Part shown: piece by piece, positions 12,394 through 24,047 of the stretch
Position numbering within the stretch: the stretch's first letter is position 1
How the letters are laid out: the number at the start of each line of letters is the position of its first letter
Source: Thiotrichales bacterium
Lineage (GTDB): Bacteria > Pseudomonadota > Gammaproteobacteria > UWMA-0217
DNA: 64,000 nt
NCBI GenBank assembly: GCA_050329935.1
Contig: JBHJOI010000032.1
Span: forward strand, 61,350-125,349
Direction: 5' to 3'
The notes under the pieces: generated by a model
What the model was told of the DNA's origin: nothing
Database searches by the model: none
The model's input: the letters and a program-made list of their open reading frames with translations, nothing else
Translations under genes and position numbers: made by a program

Positions 12394-14085
12394 ATGGAAA
12401 ATCAGCGCACATTTCTCTACCTATCCCTGCTGTTCGTTGGATTCTTGCTGTGGCAGGCATGGAGTAGCGATCAGGCCCAACGTAATCTTCCGCCCATTCA
12501 AAGCACACCCTCCTCGGCGCCGAGTGCGACTGCCCTCGTTGATCCGGTCGATGTCCCGGTTGATACGCCGACGCCAAGCACCGCACCTGACGCCTCAGCA
12601 GTGCCGCAACCTCACGAGACTACCGGTACATCATCCGCAAGTATTGTTTCGGTCGTGACGGATGTTTTCCAAATCGGTATCAGCACTCGCGGTGGCGATA
12701 TCGTCGAACTTAAACTGCCCACGTACCCTGTTAGTCTCGCGCAGCCCGACAAGCCGTTGGTACTGTATCGAACACAGCCATTTCGCTATCTGCTTCAATC
12801 GGGTTTGATCGCCGAAGCAGCGGATTCGAGCGCCGAGCGCGCACCTAGCCACCATTCGGAATTCGAACCGCTCGCACCGCGTTACGAATTAGCCCCGAGC
12901 GAAAGCGAACTGCGCGTTCCGCTGCGTTGGCGTTCCGCGGACGGACTCGAAGTCGATAAGATCTATACGTTTCGCCGCGGTAGCTTCCTAATCGATATCA
13001 GCTACGAGATTAGAAACAACTCCAACGCGGCATGGCAGGGACGCCATTACCGCCAGTTGCGACATGGCCCAGTCGATACCTCGGGCGATAACAAGCTGCT
13101 CTATACCTATACTGGTGCCGCCTACTACACCGACAAATACGAAAAGTTGCCATTCGACGATCTCGCGAAAAAGCCGGTCTCGTTTGATCTGACGGGCGGT
13201 TGGGCCGCGATGACCCAGCACTATTTCCTCAGTGCGCTGTTGCCGAGCAGTCAAAATGAAATCAACCAGTTGTATACGAAAGTCGCGCGCACAGGTAGCG
13301 TTGACGAGTATATGATTGGTTTGCTGTCGCCGAATATCAGCATAGCGCCCGGCGAACAAACTCGAATTCTCGCTCAGGTCTACGCAGGACCAAAGCTGCA
13401 AAAGGACCTTGAAGCACTGGCACCTGGTCTTGACCTCACGGCAGACTACGGAATCTTCGCGTTCATTGCCAAGCCGCTGTTTTGGTTGTTGAATTGGCTA
13501 CATAGTTGGCTGCACAACTGGGGTTGGGCGATCATCGCGCTAACGTTCCTGATTAAGCTCGTATTTTATAAGCCATCGGAGATGAGTTACCGCTCGATGG
13601 CCAAGATGCGTGCGGTCGCGCCGAAACTACAGCAAATCAAGGAGCGCTATGGCGATGATAAGCAACGCCAGCAGCAAGCATTGATGGAGTTGTACAAGAA
13701 GGAAAAAATCAATCCTCTTGGTGGTTGCCTTCCTATCCTGATTCAGATCCCCGTATTCATCGCGCTCTACTGGGTACTGCTTGAAACCGTGGAGTTGCGG
13801 CAGGCGCCCTGGATGTTGTGGATCAAGGACTTGTCTCTTCGCGATCCCTATTTCATCTTGCCGGTGTTGATGGGCATCACGATGTTTATCCAGCAAAAGC
13901 TCAATCCAGCCCCGCCTGATCCGATTCAGGCCAAGATCATGATGGCGTTGCCGTTCGTGTTTACCGTGTTCTTTGCCTTTTTCCCCGCAGGACTGGTGCT
14001 CTACTGGTTTGTCAATAATCTGCTCTCAATTGCGCAGCAGGGGTGGATCACATCACAGATCGAGAAATCGACCACCAAAGCCTGA
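12394..14085 (+). CDS. yidC: membrane protein insertase YidC
   Basis: 563 aa; N-terminal TM, periplasmic domain, conserved C-terminal 5-TM core. Confidence 0.95.
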   Translation: MENQRTFLYLSLLFVGFLLWQAWSSDQAQRNLPPIQSTPSSAPSATALVDPVDVPVDTPTPSTAPDASAVPQPHETTGTSSASIVSVVTDVFQIGISTRGGDIVELKLPTYPVSLAQPDKPLVLYRTQPFRYLLQSGLIAEAADSSAERAPSHHSEFEPLAPRYELAPSESELRVPLRWRSADGLEVDKIYTFRRGSFLIDISYEIRNNSNAAWQGRHYRQLRHGPVDTSGDNKLLYTYTGAAYYTDKYEKLPFDDLAKKPVSFDLTGGWAAMTQHYFLSALLPSSQNEINQLYTKVARTGSVDEYMIGLLSPNISIAPGEQTRILAQVYAGPKLQKDLEALAPGLDLTADYGIFAFIAKPLFWLLNWLHSWLHNWGWAIIALTFLIKLVFYKPSEMSYRSMAKMRAVAPKLQQIKERYGDDKQRQQQALMELYKKEKINPLGGCLPILIQIPVFIALYWVLLETVELRQAPWMLWIKDLSLRDPYFILPVLMGITMFIQQKLNPAPPDPIQAKIMMALPFVFTVFFAFFPAGLVLYWFVNNLLSIAQQGWITSQIEKSTTKA

Positions 14086-15434
14086 GTCCCGGACAACGCG
14101 CGCCTAGCGATACGATCGCCGCGCTCGCGACGCCTCCTGGTCGCGGCGGCATCGGCGTGGTACGGGTTTCAGGCCCGCTCGCCGCGAAGATTGCCGAAGC
14201 GGTAATCGGAAACCTGCCGCGTGCTCGCCATGCCTGCTACGTACCTTTTCGTGACGGCGACGGCACGCCTTTGGACCAAGGCATCGCGCTGTACTTTGTC
14301 GCGCCAAATTCGTTTACTGGCGAAGACGTTCTCGAACTCCAGGCTCATGGCGGGCCGGTCGTGCTCGATTTGTTGCTGCAACGCTGCCTGGAATGTGGCG
14401 CGCGCTTGGCGCGACCAGGTGAATTCAGCGAACGCGCCTTTCTCAACGACAAGCTCGATCTCACCCAAGCAGAAGCCATCGCTGACTTGATCGAGAGCAC
14501 CACCGCGCAAGCGGCACGGAGCGCGTTGCGTTCGCTTCGCGGCGCATTCTCCGAGGCGGTGGAGACGCTACAGGGCCAGTTGATAGATCTTCGGGTGTAC
14601 GTCGAGGCGGCGCTCGATTTTCCTGACGAAGAGATCGACTTTCTGGCGGATGTTGAACTGCGCGATCGTGTGGCGCAGGTCGTTCAGCGAGTCGATCAGG
14701 TCGCGCTCAGAGCACAACAGGGTAGTCTGTTGCGCGAAGGCCTGCATCTCGTGATCGCGGGATTGCCTAACGCGGGTAAATCGAGCCTGCTGAACGCGTT
14801 GTCGGGGACCGAAACGGCGATCGTGACCGAACTAGCCGGCACGACGCGCGACGTGCTCCGCGAGCGGATTCAGGTGCGTGGCATTCCGGTTCATGTGATC
14901 GATACCGCCGGCTTGCGCGATAGTAGCGATCCCATCGAGCGCATCGGCATCGAACGCGCGTGGCACGAGATCGAGCGTGCCGACCTCGTCCTCCATCTCA
15001 TCGACGCGACGCGCGGGTTCACGCCGGAGGACGCGGACATTCGACGCCGTCTACCGCCTCGCGTCGCGGTACTCGAGGTGTACAACAAGATCGACCTGAC
15101 GGGAGATCCACCGGGTGTCGACGGGAATCGAATCCACATCGCGGTACGCGAGGGTCTCGGGATCGAAGCTTTGCGCGAGGCCTTGCTCGCGAAGGTTGGA
15201 TACCATGTCGAGGTTGAAGATAGTTTCATGGCGCGACGTCGTCATCTGGACGCGCTTGAACAAGCCCGCGCCGCGGTACTCAAGGCACAGGAATTGCTCG
15301 TGACGACCCGCGCGGGTGAACTGGTCGCCGAGGAGCTTCGGCTCGCGCTCGATGCCTTGGGCAGCATCACGGGTCGATTTACGACCGATGATCTGTTGGA
15401 GCGCGTATTCAGCAGCTTCTGCATCGGCAAGTAG
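14043..15434 (+). CDS. mnmE: tRNA modification GTPase MnmE (TrmE)
   Basis: ...[20 protein letters not shown]..., G-domain [13 protein letters not shown]-terminal CIGK. GTG start overlapping the yidC 3' end by 43 bp. Confidence 0.9.
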   Translation: MDHITDREIDHQSLSPGQRAPSDTIAALATPPGRGGIGVVRVSGPLAAKIAEAVIGNLPRARHACYVPFRDGDGTPLDQGIALYFVAPNSFTGEDVLELQAHGGPVVLDLLLQRCLECGARLARPGEFSERAFLNDKLDLTQAEAIADLIESTTAQAARSALRSLRGAFSEAVETLQGQLIDLRVYVEAALDFPDEEIDFLADVELRDRVAQVVQRVDQVALRAQQGSLLREGLHLVIAGLPNAGKSSLLNALSGTETAIVTELAGTTRDVLRERIQVRGIPVHVIDTAGLRDSSDPIERIGIERAWHEIERADLVLHLIDATRGFTPEDADIRRRLPPRVAVLEVYNKIDLTGDPPGVDGNRIHIAVREGLGIEALREALLAKVGYHVEVEDSFMARRRHLDALEQARAAVLKAQELLVTTRAGELVAEELRLALDALGSITGRFTTDDLLERVFSSFCIGK

Positions 15435-15531
15435 CGGTTCAAACGTTTTCAGTCAAACGTTTTCTTGGCCGAACGAGCGTCACACCCTACACTGCCGAAC
15501 TCGACCCAATTGACCATCCGAGACGCGTGTC

Positions 15532-17406
15532 ATGCGCTACCCAGAAACCTTCGAATTACTAGTGATTGGCGGCGGCCACGCGGGAACCGAAGCGGCCTTG
15601 GCGGCCGCCCGCATGGGTATCAAAACGTTGTTGCTAACGCACAACATAGAAACTCTGGGTCAGATGAGCTGCAACCCGGCGATAGGCGGCATCGGCAAGG
15701 GTCACCTCGTCAAGGAGATCGACGCGCTGGGCGGCGCCATGGCCTTGGCGGCGGACCAGGCCGGCATCCAGTTCCGCATTCTAAACCGACGCAAGGGACC
15801 GGCCGTACGCGCAACGCGCGCCCAGGCGGATCGCCAGCTCTACAAGGCCGCGATCCGAGGGATGCTTGAAAATCAGCCGAACCTAACCTTGTTTCAGCAG
15901 GCGGTGGATGACCTGTTGTTGGACGGTGAGCGCGTGGTGGGTGTGCGTACGCAGATGGGCCTTGAATTCCGGGCTCCGACCGTCGTACTCACGGTAGGCA
16001 CGTTTCTCGGCGGTAAGATTCATATCGGCGAAAGTCACTATCGCGGCGGCCGCGCGGGCGATCAAGCCGCGCTTACTCTAGCCGAGAAGCTCCGCGAGTT
16101 GCCGTTGCGGGTCGCACGCCTCAAGACCGGCACACCGCCTCGACTCGATGCCCGTAGCATCGACTTCAGCAAGCTGGAGCCACAACCCGGTGATGCGCCC
16201 GTTCCGGTTTTCTCCTACCGCGGCAAGGCCTCGGATCATCCGCATCAAGTGCTGTGCCATATCACGCACAGCAATGAGGCGACCCACGAGATCATTCGCG
16301 GCGGTTTGCATCGTTCGCCGTTGTACAGTGGTCAAATCGAGGGCGTAGGTCCACGTTACTGTCCGTCAATCGAAGACAAGGTGGTGCGCTTTGCCGACAA
16401 GAGCGGGCATCAAATATTCCTCGAACCCGAAGGGCTGAATACGCACGAGATCTACCCCAATGGTATCTCCACGAGTCTCCCCTTCGACATACAACTCGCA
16501 CTGGTGCGGTCCATTTGCGGGCTCGAGAACGCCCATATCACTCGCCCGGGGTATGCGATCGAGTACGACTATTTCGATCCGCGCGACCTGAAGCCTTCGC
16601 TGGAGACCCGCGCGATCAGAGGACTGTTTTTCGCCGGTCAGATCAACGGCACCACCGGTTACGAGGAAGCCGCGGCGCAAGGACTGCTCGCTGGGATCAA
16701 CGCCGCGCTGGCCGTTCGGGGCGACGATGCCTGGACCCCGCTGCGCCACGAGGCCTATCTCGCGGTTTTGGTCGACGATCTGTTGACTCAGGGCACACTG
16801 GAACCCTACCGGATGTTCACGAGTCGCGCCGAGCATCGACTACTCCTGCGCGAAGACAACGCCGACCTTCGACTCACCGAGATCGGCCACCAATTGGGCG
16901 TCGTCGGTGAACCCCAGTGGCGCGAGTTTTCCATTAAACGCGACGCGATCGCGCGCGAACGCGAACGTTTGCGCGATACCTGGATTCACCCCGGTCGGGT
17001 TTCCGAGCGCGAAGCACGCGACGTACTCGGCACGTCGCTACCGCGCGAATACACACTTGAGGAACTGCTGCGGCGTCCCGAGCTCGACTATTCGACGCTG
17101 ATGCGGCTGGAAGCCGCTGGGCCGGGCGTCCAACGCGACGACGTAGCTGAACAAGTCGAGACGCAGGTCAAGTACGAGGGTTACATCGAGCGTCAGCTCG
17201 AAGACGTTGCCAGGACGCGTGCCCAGGAGACAACCTGTTTGCCCGACGACCTCGACTACGACAACGTCATCGGCTTGTCGCACGAAGTCCTGCAAAAGCT
17301 ACGACGGCATCGTCCGGCGACGCTCGGACAGGCGTCGCGGATCCCGGGCATCACGCCAGCGGCGATCTCACTGTTGTTGATTCATCTAAAGAAGCGCCGC
17401 GCGTGA
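15532..17406 (+). CDS. mnmG: tRNA uridine 5-carboxymethylaminomethyl modification enzyme MnmG (GidA)
   Basis: 624 aa; FAD-binding [12 protein letters not shown]. Confidence 0.95.
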   Translation: MRYPETFELLVIGGGHAGTEAALAAARMGIKTLLLTHNIETLGQMSCNPAIGGIGKGHLVKEIDALGGAMALAADQAGIQFRILNRRKGPAVRATRAQADRQLYKAAIRGMLENQPNLTLFQQAVDDLLLDGERVVGVRTQMGLEFRAPTVVLTVGTFLGGKIHIGESHYRGGRAGDQAALTLAEKLRELPLRVARLKTGTPPRLDARSIDFSKLEPQPGDAPVPVFSYRGKASDHPHQVLCHITHSNEATHEIIRGGLHRSPLYSGQIEGVGPRYCPSIEDKVVRFADKSGHQIFLEPEGLNTHEIYPNGISTSLPFDIQLALVRSICGLENAHITRPGYAIEYDYFDPRDLKPSLETRAIRGLFFAGQINGTTGYEEAAAQGLLAGINAALAVRGDDAWTPLRHEAYLAVLVDDLLTQGTLEPYRMFTSRAEHRLLLREDNADLRLTEIGHQLGVVGEPQWREFSIKRDAIARERERLRDTWIHPGRVSEREARDVLGTSLPREYTLEELLRRPELDYSTLMRLEAAGPGVQRDDVAEQVETQVKYEGYIERQLEDVARTRAQETTCLPDDLDYDNVIGLSHEVLQKLRRHRPATLGQASRIPGITPAAISLLLIHLKKRRA

Positions 17407-18065
17407 ACGTGACCGAGCCGGCAACTCGTGTCGAGGCCTGGCGCGATCCCGTTTGGCGCGCGCGCATGCGCGAGGGCCTGCAAGCCTTGGCGTCAACCTG
17501 GGGCGATGCGCAAATCGACGCCGCGATTCGCTATCTGGACCTCATGCAACGATGGAACGCGGCCTTCAATCTAACCGCGATCACCGAGCCTCGCCAGATG
17601 TTGGTGCAACACCTGTTCGACAGCCTCGCGATCGCACCGTTCGTGACGGGTCCAGCGACGCTCGATATCGGCACCGGCGCGGGCCTCCCGGGTATTCCAT
17701 TGGCGCTCAACGCGCCCGACGCGGATTTCACACTCCTCGATTCCAACGGTAAGAAGATTCGTTTTATCCGGCAGGCAGTGATAGAGTTGCGCCTCACAAA
17801 CGTCACGATCGTTCACACGCGCGTGGCGGACTACCAGCCCACAACCGCGTTCGACTGTATCGTAAGTCGCGCCTATGCAAGCCTGCGGCAGTTCGTGGAC
17901 GATGCGCGTCGACTGTGCAATCCCGGCGGGCGCTTGCTGGCCATGAAGGCAAGGCTTCGGGAAGACGAACTCGGCGCGATCAGACCTGATTGCGATTTTC
18001 GGGTGGAACCTTTGAAGGTGCCCGGACTTGAGGCGGAACGACATCTAGTGATTATTGCGAACTGA
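17403..18065 (+). CDS. rsmG: 16S rRNA (guanine527-N7)-methyltransferase RsmG (GidB)
   Basis: 220 aa; SAM-binding [15 protein letters not shown]; overlaps the mnmG stop. Confidence 0.9.
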   Translation: MNVTEPATRVEAWRDPVWRARMREGLQALASTWGDAQIDAAIRYLDLMQRWNAAFNLTAITEPRQMLVQHLFDSLAIAPFVTGPATLDIGTGAGLPGIPLALNAPDADFTLLDSNGKKIRFIRQAVIELRLTNVTIVHTRVADYQPTTAFDCIVSRAYASLRQFVDDARRLCNPGGRLLAMKARLREDELGAIRPDCDFRVEPLKVPGLEAERHLVIIAN

Positions 18066-18068
18066 TCG

Positions 18069-18851
18069 ATGACCAAGATTCTAGCGGTCGCCAACCAAAA
18101 AGGTGGCGTTGGCAAAACGACGACCAGCGTCAACCTCGCGGCCTCCTTGGCCGCGACCAAGCGTCGCGTGCTATTGATCGATCTCGACCCACAGGGCAAC
18201 GCCACGATGGGCTGCGGTGTCGACAAGTATGCGTTAGCCCGCTCCAGTTGCGACGTGTTGCTCGCCGACGCAACCGTCGCCGACGCGACCTTGAAACTCG
18301 CGCAGTGGGGCTTCGACCTGCTACCGGCGAACGCTGATCTGACGGTCGCCGAGGTGAAACTCATGACCATGTTCGGCCGTGAATTTCGGCTCCGCAAGGC
18401 GATAGAACCCAGCCTGAAAGGCTACGATTTCGTTATCATCGACTGCCCACCATCGCTAAACATGCTCACGGTCAACGCAATGGTGGCGGCCAAGGGCGTG
18501 TTGATCCCCATGCAATGCGAGTATTACGCACTGGAAGGGCTCAGCGCATTGGTGAAGACCATCGAAGAGATTCGCGGCTCCGTGAACGAGGAGTTACAAA
18601 TCGAAGGCTTGCTACGGACCATGTACGATCCGCGTAACAATCTGTCGAACGACGTCTCGGAACAACTTACGGCACATTTCGGCGATCGCGTCTACAACAC
18701 GATCATTCCCCGCAACGTTCGCCTTGCCGAAGCTCCGTCGCATGGCACACCCGTGCTGCACTACGATCGGGAATCGCGCGGCGCGTTGGCGTATCTCGCA
18801 CTGGCGGGAGAAATGCTGCGTCGCAACCCAGTCACTGGGGTCACGGGATAA
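18069..18851 (+). CDS. parA: chromosome partitioning ATPase ParA (Soj)
   Basis: Deviant Walker A KGGVGKTT; 260 aa. Confidence 0.9.
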   Translation: MTKILAVANQKGGVGKTTTSVNLAASLAATKRRVLLIDLDPQGNATMGCGVDKYALARSSCDVLLADATVADATLKLAQWGFDLLPANADLTVAEVKLMTMFGREFRLRKAIEPSLKGYDFVIIDCPPSLNMLTVNAMVAAKGVLIPMQCEYYALEGLSALVKTIEEIRGSVNEELQIEGLLRTMYDPRNNLSNDVSEQLTAHFGDRVYNTIIPRNVRLAEAPSHGTPVLHYDRESRGALAYLALAGEMLRRNPVTGVTG

Positions 18852-18855
18852 CCGA

Positions 18856-19716
18856 ATGGTGCAAAAGAAACCAGGGCTCGGTCGCGGGCTGGATGCGCTC
18901 TTGAGCGCGGCATCCGGTTTACGCGAACAACCGAAGGAAGGCACTATGCTACGCGATCTGGCAGTGGAGAAGATCCACCGTGGCCAATACCAACCGAGGA
19001 CGCACATCGACCCCGGCGCACTCGAAGAGTTGGCCGAATCAATCCGCGCTCAAGGTGTCGTTCAGCCCATCGTCGTCCGCCCCATCGCGGACGGCTACGA
19101 ACTCGTTGCCGGAGAGCGACGCTGGCGCGCGGCCCAGCTGGCTGGATTGAAAGAGATTCCCGCGATTATCCGCGATATTCCGGATCAAGCCGCGGCGGCG
19201 ATGGCATTGATCGAGAACATTCAGCGCGAGAATCTAAACCCGCTTGAAGAGGCGAACGCCCTGCAACGGCTCATTCACGAGTTTGGAATGACCCACCAGC
19301 AGGCCGCCGAATCCGTCGGTCGCTCACGCGTCGCGGTGACCAACCTTCTGCGTCTGCGTGATCTCGAAGAACCTACCCGCCAGCTTCTTGAAACCGGCAA
19401 ACTCGAAATGGGTCATGCGCGCGCTTTGCTCGCCCTCAGTGGCTCGCAGCAGATTCAGGCAGCCCAGCATGTCGCGGCCAAGGGCCTTACGGTTCGTGAG
19501 ACCGAGCGTTACGTCAATTTTCTGAAAGCGGAACGTAACGTTGAAGCCAAGCAAAACAGGCCTCGCTCACCCGACCTGATTCGCCTCGAAACGGACCTAG
19601 CCGACCGACTGGGTGCAAAGGTCGAGATACAATACAACCAGCAAGGCAAGGGCAAGCTCGTGATCAACTACAATGATCTCGACGAACTCGATGGCATCCT
19701 AGCCCACATTAAATGA
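18856..19716 (+). CDS. parB: chromosome partitioning protein ParB (Spo0J)
   Basis: MVQKKPGLGRGLDALL... ParB box; HTH. Start at the internal ATG 18856, immediately after the parA stop; the listed ORF's upstream extension is spurious. Confidence 0.9.
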   Translation: MVQKKPGLGRGLDALLSAASGLREQPKEGTMLRDLAVEKIHRGQYQPRTHIDPGALEELAESIRAQGVVQPIVVRPIADGYELVAGERRWRAAQLAGLKEIPAIIRDIPDQAAAAMALIENIQRENLNPLEEANALQRLIHEFGMTHQQAAESVGRSRVAVTNLLRLRDLEEPTRQLLETGKLEMGHARALLALSGSQQIQAAQHVAAKGLTVRETERYVNFLKAERNVEAKQNRPRSPDLIRLETDLADRLGAKVEIQYNQQGKGKLVINYNDLDELDGILAHIK

Positions 19717-19739
19717 ATCAATGCTTTCACGTTCCATTA

Positions 19740-19768
19740 TTGACCGGCTTAAGGATGCTCCCTATACT
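19740..19768 (+). promoter_or_regulatory. sigma70-like promoter of the atp operon (TTGACC-17-TATACT)
   Basis: TTGACC at 19740-19745 and TATACT at 19763-19768. Followed by GC hairpins in the leader (acgcgg-tg-ccgcgt at about 19775-19788). Confidence 0.5.
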
Positions 19769-19849
19769 GCCGCACGCGGTGCCGCGTACCAAGGTGGCCG
19801 TGGACGTCCCGCCACCGTGCATATGATCAGTTCGTAGCGCCTCCTAGGC

Positions 19850-20206
19850 ATGCATACGCGACTGTTCCTGACGCAGATGATCCTGATCACAATCGTGATC
19901 GCGGTATCCGCGTACCACCATCAGGCTGGGGGCGTAATCGCAGCACTTTTTGGTGGAGCGGTTGCGTTGATCAATACAATTTGGCTGAATAGGCGGATCG
20001 TCGCCGCGGGTGAACTCGCAAAAGACGATCCCAAGCAGGGCGTTTACGCGATATACTTCGGCGCCGTGCAACGCTTCGTGTTTGCCTTGGTGATGTTGGG
20101 CATAGGACTTGGGGCTTTGCATCTGGACGCGATACCATTGCTCGCCAGTTTTGCCGTGGCGCAGTTCGCCTACCTCATATCGGGCAAGGCAGCCATCGGC
20201 AGTTAA
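19850..20206 (+). CDS. atpI: ATP synthase protein I
   Basis: 118-aa hydrophobic protein directly upstream of atpB. Confidence 0.8.
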   Translation: MHTRLFLTQMILITIVIAVSAYHHQAGGVIAALFGGAVALINTIWLNRRIVAAGELAKDDPKQGVYAIYFGAVQRFVFALVMLGIGLGALHLDAIPLLASFAVAQFAYLISGKAAIGS

Positions 20207-20222
20207 CAACAAGAGGAACGAC

Positions 20223-21083
20223 GTGAGTACTGTCGAAGAGCCGATCTCCTCATATCCGGTGCAGTATATCCAGCACCACTTGACGAACTGGTGCATCGGA
20301 TGCGACCCGGAGACTCACAAGCCGTCCAGCATCATCGATTTCGGTGCATTTTTCGTCGATACATTTCTTTGGAGCGTCGCGCTCGCTTGTCTGTTCGGAT
20401 TTTTCGCCTGGCGCGTTGGCAAGAATCTCAGTGCGGATAACCCGACCGGATTCCAGAACGTAGTCGAAGCGATCGTCGAGTTCGTTAATCAGCAGATCAA
20501 GGATATCTTCCCAGGTTCCAACCCGATCATTGGTCCGTTGGCGCTGACGATTTTCGTTTGGGTATTCTTGATGAATGCCATGGATCTGGTGCCGGTCGAC
20601 TTGATTCCAGCCATCACCACGACTGTCGCGGGATGGTTTGGTGCCGATCCACACCATGTATACATGAAAGTCGTGCCCACAACGAACCTGGACACGACTT
20701 TTGCGCTCGCGCTTTCGGTATTCGCACTGATCATCTACTACAACATCAAGGTCAAAGGCGCGATCGGGTACGCGAAGCAGTTCTTGTTTCACCCGTTCGG
20801 GAAATTCGCGATCCCTATCAACATCGTCATGACGGCAATCGAGGAAATCGCCAAGCCCGTCAGTCTAGCGCTACGTCTGTTTGGCAATATGTTTGCCGGC
20901 GAGCTCCTGTTCTTGTTGATCGCCCTGCTCTCGTTCTCCGTTTACGCGAGTCTTGGTCACGTCGTCCTGGGTACTTTATGGGCGATTTTCCATATCCTGG
21001 TGATCAGTCTACAGGCGTTCATCTTCATGCTCCTCACCATCGTGTATCTTGGTTTGGCGCATCAATCCGACGAGCATCATTAG
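20223..21083 (+). CDS. atpB: F0F1 ATP synthase subunit a
   Basis: ...YIQHHLTN..., conserved LRLFGNMFAGEL. GTG start with SD AAGAGGA; the listed ORF starts inside atpI. Confidence 0.9.
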   Translation: MSTVEEPISSYPVQYIQHHLTNWCIGCDPETHKPSSIIDFGAFFVDTFLWSVALACLFGFFAWRVGKNLSADNPTGFQNVVEAIVEFVNQQIKDIFPGSNPIIGPLALTIFVWVFLMNAMDLVPVDLIPAITTTVAGWFGADPHHVYMKVVPTTNLDTTFALALSVFALIIYYNIKVKGAIGYAKQFLFHPFGKFAIPINIVMTAIEEIAKPVSLALRLFGNMFAGELLFLLIALLSFSVYASLGHVVLGTLWAIFHILVISLQAFIFMLLTIVYLGLAHQSDEHH

Positions 21084-21120
21084 TTTTTAAAATCAACGTC
21101 TAATCTAGGAGATCTTGATC

Positions 21121-21405
21121 ATGAGTCCAGCTGAACTAGCCATGATTTACGCTTACACCGCACTCGGCGTGGGAATTATTCTCGCCGCCGCCGGGCTCGG
21201 TTCCGCGCTAGGATGGGGTTTGATCTGTTCCAAATTTATGGAAGGTATCGCAAGGCAGCCCGAAATGCGCCCACAACTGACCGGTCAGATGTTGTTCACC
21301 GGTGGTTTGATGGAAGCGTTTCCGATGATCGTTCTGGGCATCTCGATGTGGTTCATCTTCGCCAACCCGTTTGTCGGCGCCGCGAAGGCTGCCATCGGCG
21401 GTTGA
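21121..21405 (+). CDS. atpE: F0F1 ATP synthase subunit c
   Basis: GLGSALGWG...ARQPE...; SD AGGAG 9 nt before the ATG at 21121. Confidence 0.9.
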   Translation: MSPAELAMIYAYTALGVGIILAAAGLGSALGWGLICSKFMEGIARQPEMRPQLTGQMLFTGGLMEAFPMIVLGISMWFIFANPFVGAAKAAIGG

Positions 21406-21462
21406 TATAAAACGCGCATAGATGAAATTCATTAACAACTAGCACAAAGAGAGAGCGTCGTC

Positions 21463-21933
21463 GTGAATATCACCGCTACTCTGATTGGGCAAATGCTGGT
21501 ATTTGCCATCTTGGTATGGTTCATCAGGGCCGTGCTCTGGGATCCGATGATCAAGATGCTGGATGATCGCAAGAAGCGCATCGCCGAGGGCCTTGCCGCG
21601 GCAGAACGCGGACGCCATGAACAGGAGCTTGCCGAGGAACGAGCGGGCGACGCGATGCGTGCCGCGAAGCAACAAGCGTCCGAAATCATCGCTCAAGCCC
21701 AGCGCCGAGCAGGTGAAATCGTGGATGAGGCGAAGACTGCCGCGCGCGACGAAGGCGAGCGACTTAAGGCCGCTGCTCAAGCGGAAATCGCACAAGGGGT
21801 CAACCAGGCGCGCGAACAGCTGCGGCAGGAAGTCTCGTCGGTCGCACTGGATGCGGCGAAAAAAATCATCGGCAAGGAAGTGGACCCCAAAGTACATCGC
21901 CAAGTACTTGATGAGTTGATCGCGCGAATCTGA
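21463..21933 (+). CDS. atpF: F0F1 ATP synthase subunit b
   Basis: 156 aa; N-terminal TM then a long charged helix. Confidence 0.9.
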   Translation: MNITATLIGQMLVFAILVWFIRAVLWDPMIKMLDDRKKRIAEGLAAAERGRHEQELAEERAGDAMRAAKQQASEIIAQAQRRAGEIVDEAKTAARDEGERLKAAAQAEIAQGVNQAREQLRQEVSSVALDAAKKIIGKEVDPKVHRQVLDELIARI

Positions 21934-21943
21934 AGGCCTAAAC

Positions 21944-22480
21944 ATGTCTGACTTGAATACCGTTGCCAGACCCTACGCCCGGGCTATTTTTGAAACCGCA
22001 CGCGATAGCGGGACGCTCGAGTCATGGTCAGAGAATCTACAAACCTTGGCCGCGTTCGCTCAAGAACCCACGCTGCTGGCCCTTCTTCATCGCCCCGACT
22101 TAACGCGGGACGCGGCGGCGACCCTGTTGATCAAGAGCTGCGGCGATCAGATCGACGACTCGGCCCAAAAACTGGTTAGGGTGCTTGCCGATAATGGTCG
22201 GCTCGCCGTGCTACCGGAGATATCGCAGCTCTACGAGAGCTTACGCGCCGACGCGGAAGGTATTGTCGAAGCAGAGATCATTGCCGCGATGCCAGTTGAT
22301 GCTAAACAACAATCGGCTATCGTTAAGGCCCTTGCGAAGCGCCTGGGGCGCGAGGTCAAAGTATCGACCCGGGTCGACCCTACCCTGATTGGCGGCGCGA
22401 TTATCCGCGCCGGCGATATGGTGATCGACGGTTCAATCAAAGGCCGCCTGGATAAACTGACCAGCGTAATGAATCGCTAA
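21944..22480 (+). CDS. atpH: F0F1 ATP synthase subunit delta
   Basis: 178 aa; OSCP family; position in the operon. Confidence 0.9.
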   Translation: MSDLNTVARPYARAIFETARDSGTLESWSENLQTLAAFAQEPTLLALLHRPDLTRDAAATLLIKSCGDQIDDSAQKLVRVLADNGRLAVLPEISQLYESLRADAEGIVEAEIIAAMPVDAKQQSAIVKALAKRLGREVKVSTRVDPTLIGGAIIRAGDMVIDGSIKGRLDKLTSVMNR

Positions 22481-22493
22481 CGAGGAATTTCAA

Positions 22494-24035
22494 ATGCAAT
22501 TAAATTCCACTGAAATCAGTGAATTAATCAAAAAGCGAATCGCCGATTTCGAAGTCGTATCCGAGGCGCGCACCGAAGGCACCGTCGTCAACGTCACCGA
22601 TGGTATCGTTCGTCTCCACGGCTTGGGCGAGGTGATGGCGGGCGAAATGATCGAGTTCCCGGGTGACACCTTCGGTCTCGCGCTCAACCTTGAGCGCGAT
22701 TCCGTCGGCGCCGTGGTGCTCGGTGATTACAAGCATATCACCGAAGGTGATACCGCAAAGTGCACCGGCAGAATCCTTCAGGTGCCGGTCGGACGCGGAT
22801 TGCTCGGGCGGGTCGTCGATGGATTGGGTAATCCCATTGACGGGCGCGGACCTATTGACGCGGAAGCGTATGAGCCGATCGAAAAGATCGCGCCTGGCGT
22901 TATCGAGAGAAAGTCCGTTTCGCAACCGGTTCAGACCGGTTTGAAAGCGATTGATGCAATGGTGCCCATTGGCAGGGGCCAGCGCGAGTTGATCATCGGT
23001 GACCGCCAGACAGGGAAATCCGCCGTCGCGATCGATGCAATCATCAATCAGCGCGGCACCGGCATCAAATGTATCTATGTGGCGATTGGGCAAAAGGCAT
23101 CCTCGGTTGCAAACGTGGTCCGAAAGCTTGAGGAACACGGCGCGATGGAGCATACCATCGTCGTCGCAGCATCCGCCGCGGACTCCGCGGCCATGCAATA
23201 CATCGCGCCTTATTCCGGATGCTCGATGGGCGAATACTTCCGTGACCGTGGCGAAGACGCACTGATCGTATACGATGACCTGACCAAACAGGCCTGGGCT
23301 TATCGCCAGGTTTCCTTGCTACTGCGTCGCCCGCCGGGACGCGAGGCCTACCCGGGTGACGTGTTTTATCTGCACTCGCGATTGTTGGAGCGCGCAGCGC
23401 GCGTGAACGAAGAGTTTGTCGAACGGTATACCAAGGGCGCGGTTACAGGAAAGACCGGATCCCTCACGGCGTTGCCTATTATCGAAACCCAGGCGGGTGA
23501 CGTGTCCGCTTTCGTGCCTACCAACGTGATCTCGATTACCGACGGACAAATTTTCCTCGAGACCGACTTGTTCAACTCGAACATTCGGCCCGCGATCAAT
23601 GCCGGTTTATCGGTTTCGAGGGTGGGTGGTTCGGCGCAGACAAAAATCATTAAAAAACTCGGCGGCGGCGTGCGACTCGCGCTTGCGCAGTTTCGGGAAC
23701 TGGCGGCGTTCTCGCAGTTTGCTTCCGATCTCGATGAGCAGACCCGCAAGCAACTCGAGCGCGGTCGTCGCGTGACCGAGATGATGAAACAGCCGCAGTA
23801 CTCGCCACTCTCGGTGGCCGAAATGGCATTCTCGCTCTACGCGATCAACGAAGGCTTCCTGGATGACGTGGAAGTCAACAAGGTCGTCGATTTCGAAGGC
23901 GCCATGTTGAGCTATATTCGTTCCGAACACGGGGCGTTGCTGGACAATATCAACGCGACCGGTGACTACAATAGCGAGATCGAGCAAGGTATACGTGCCG
24001 CGCTAGAGTCGTTCAAGAAGTCCCATAGCTGGTAA
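22494..24035 (+). CDS. atpA: F0F1 ATP synthase subunit alpha
   Basis: 513 aa; Walker A GDRQTGKS. Confidence 0.97.
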   Translation: MQLNSTEISELIKKRIADFEVVSEARTEGTVVNVTDGIVRLHGLGEVMAGEMIEFPGDTFGLALNLERDSVGAVVLGDYKHITEGDTAKCTGRILQVPVGRGLLGRVVDGLGNPIDGRGPIDAEAYEPIEKIAPGVIERKSVSQPVQTGLKAIDAMVPIGRGQRELIIGDRQTGKSAVAIDAIINQRGTGIKCIYVAIGQKASSVANVVRKLEEHGAMEHTIVVAASAADSAAMQYIAPYSGCSMGEYFRDRGEDALIVYDDLTKQAWAYRQVSLLLRRPPGREAYPGDVFYLHSRLLERAARVNEEFVERYTKGAVTGKTGSLTALPIIETQAGDVSAFVPTNVISITDGQIFLETDLFNSNIRPAINAGLSVSRVGGSAQTKIIKKLGGGVRLALAQFRELAAFSQFASDLDEQTRKQLERGRRVTEMMKQPQYSPLSVAEMAFSLYAINEGFLDDVEVNKVVDFEGAMLSYIRSEHGALLDNINATGDYNSEIEQGIRAALESFKKSHSW

Positions 24036-24047
24036 GCGGTAACGATC

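Noticed and set aside
22524-23198. 224-aa minus-strand ORF inside atpA. Similar long antisense ORFs occur at 24945-25886 in atpD, 42153-42968 in glnA, and 57642-58799 in soeA.
   Set aside because: They lie entirely antisense to highly conserved genes. They are Arg/Ala/Gly-rich with inverted codon-position GC pattern, which is the typical high-GC antisense artefact.
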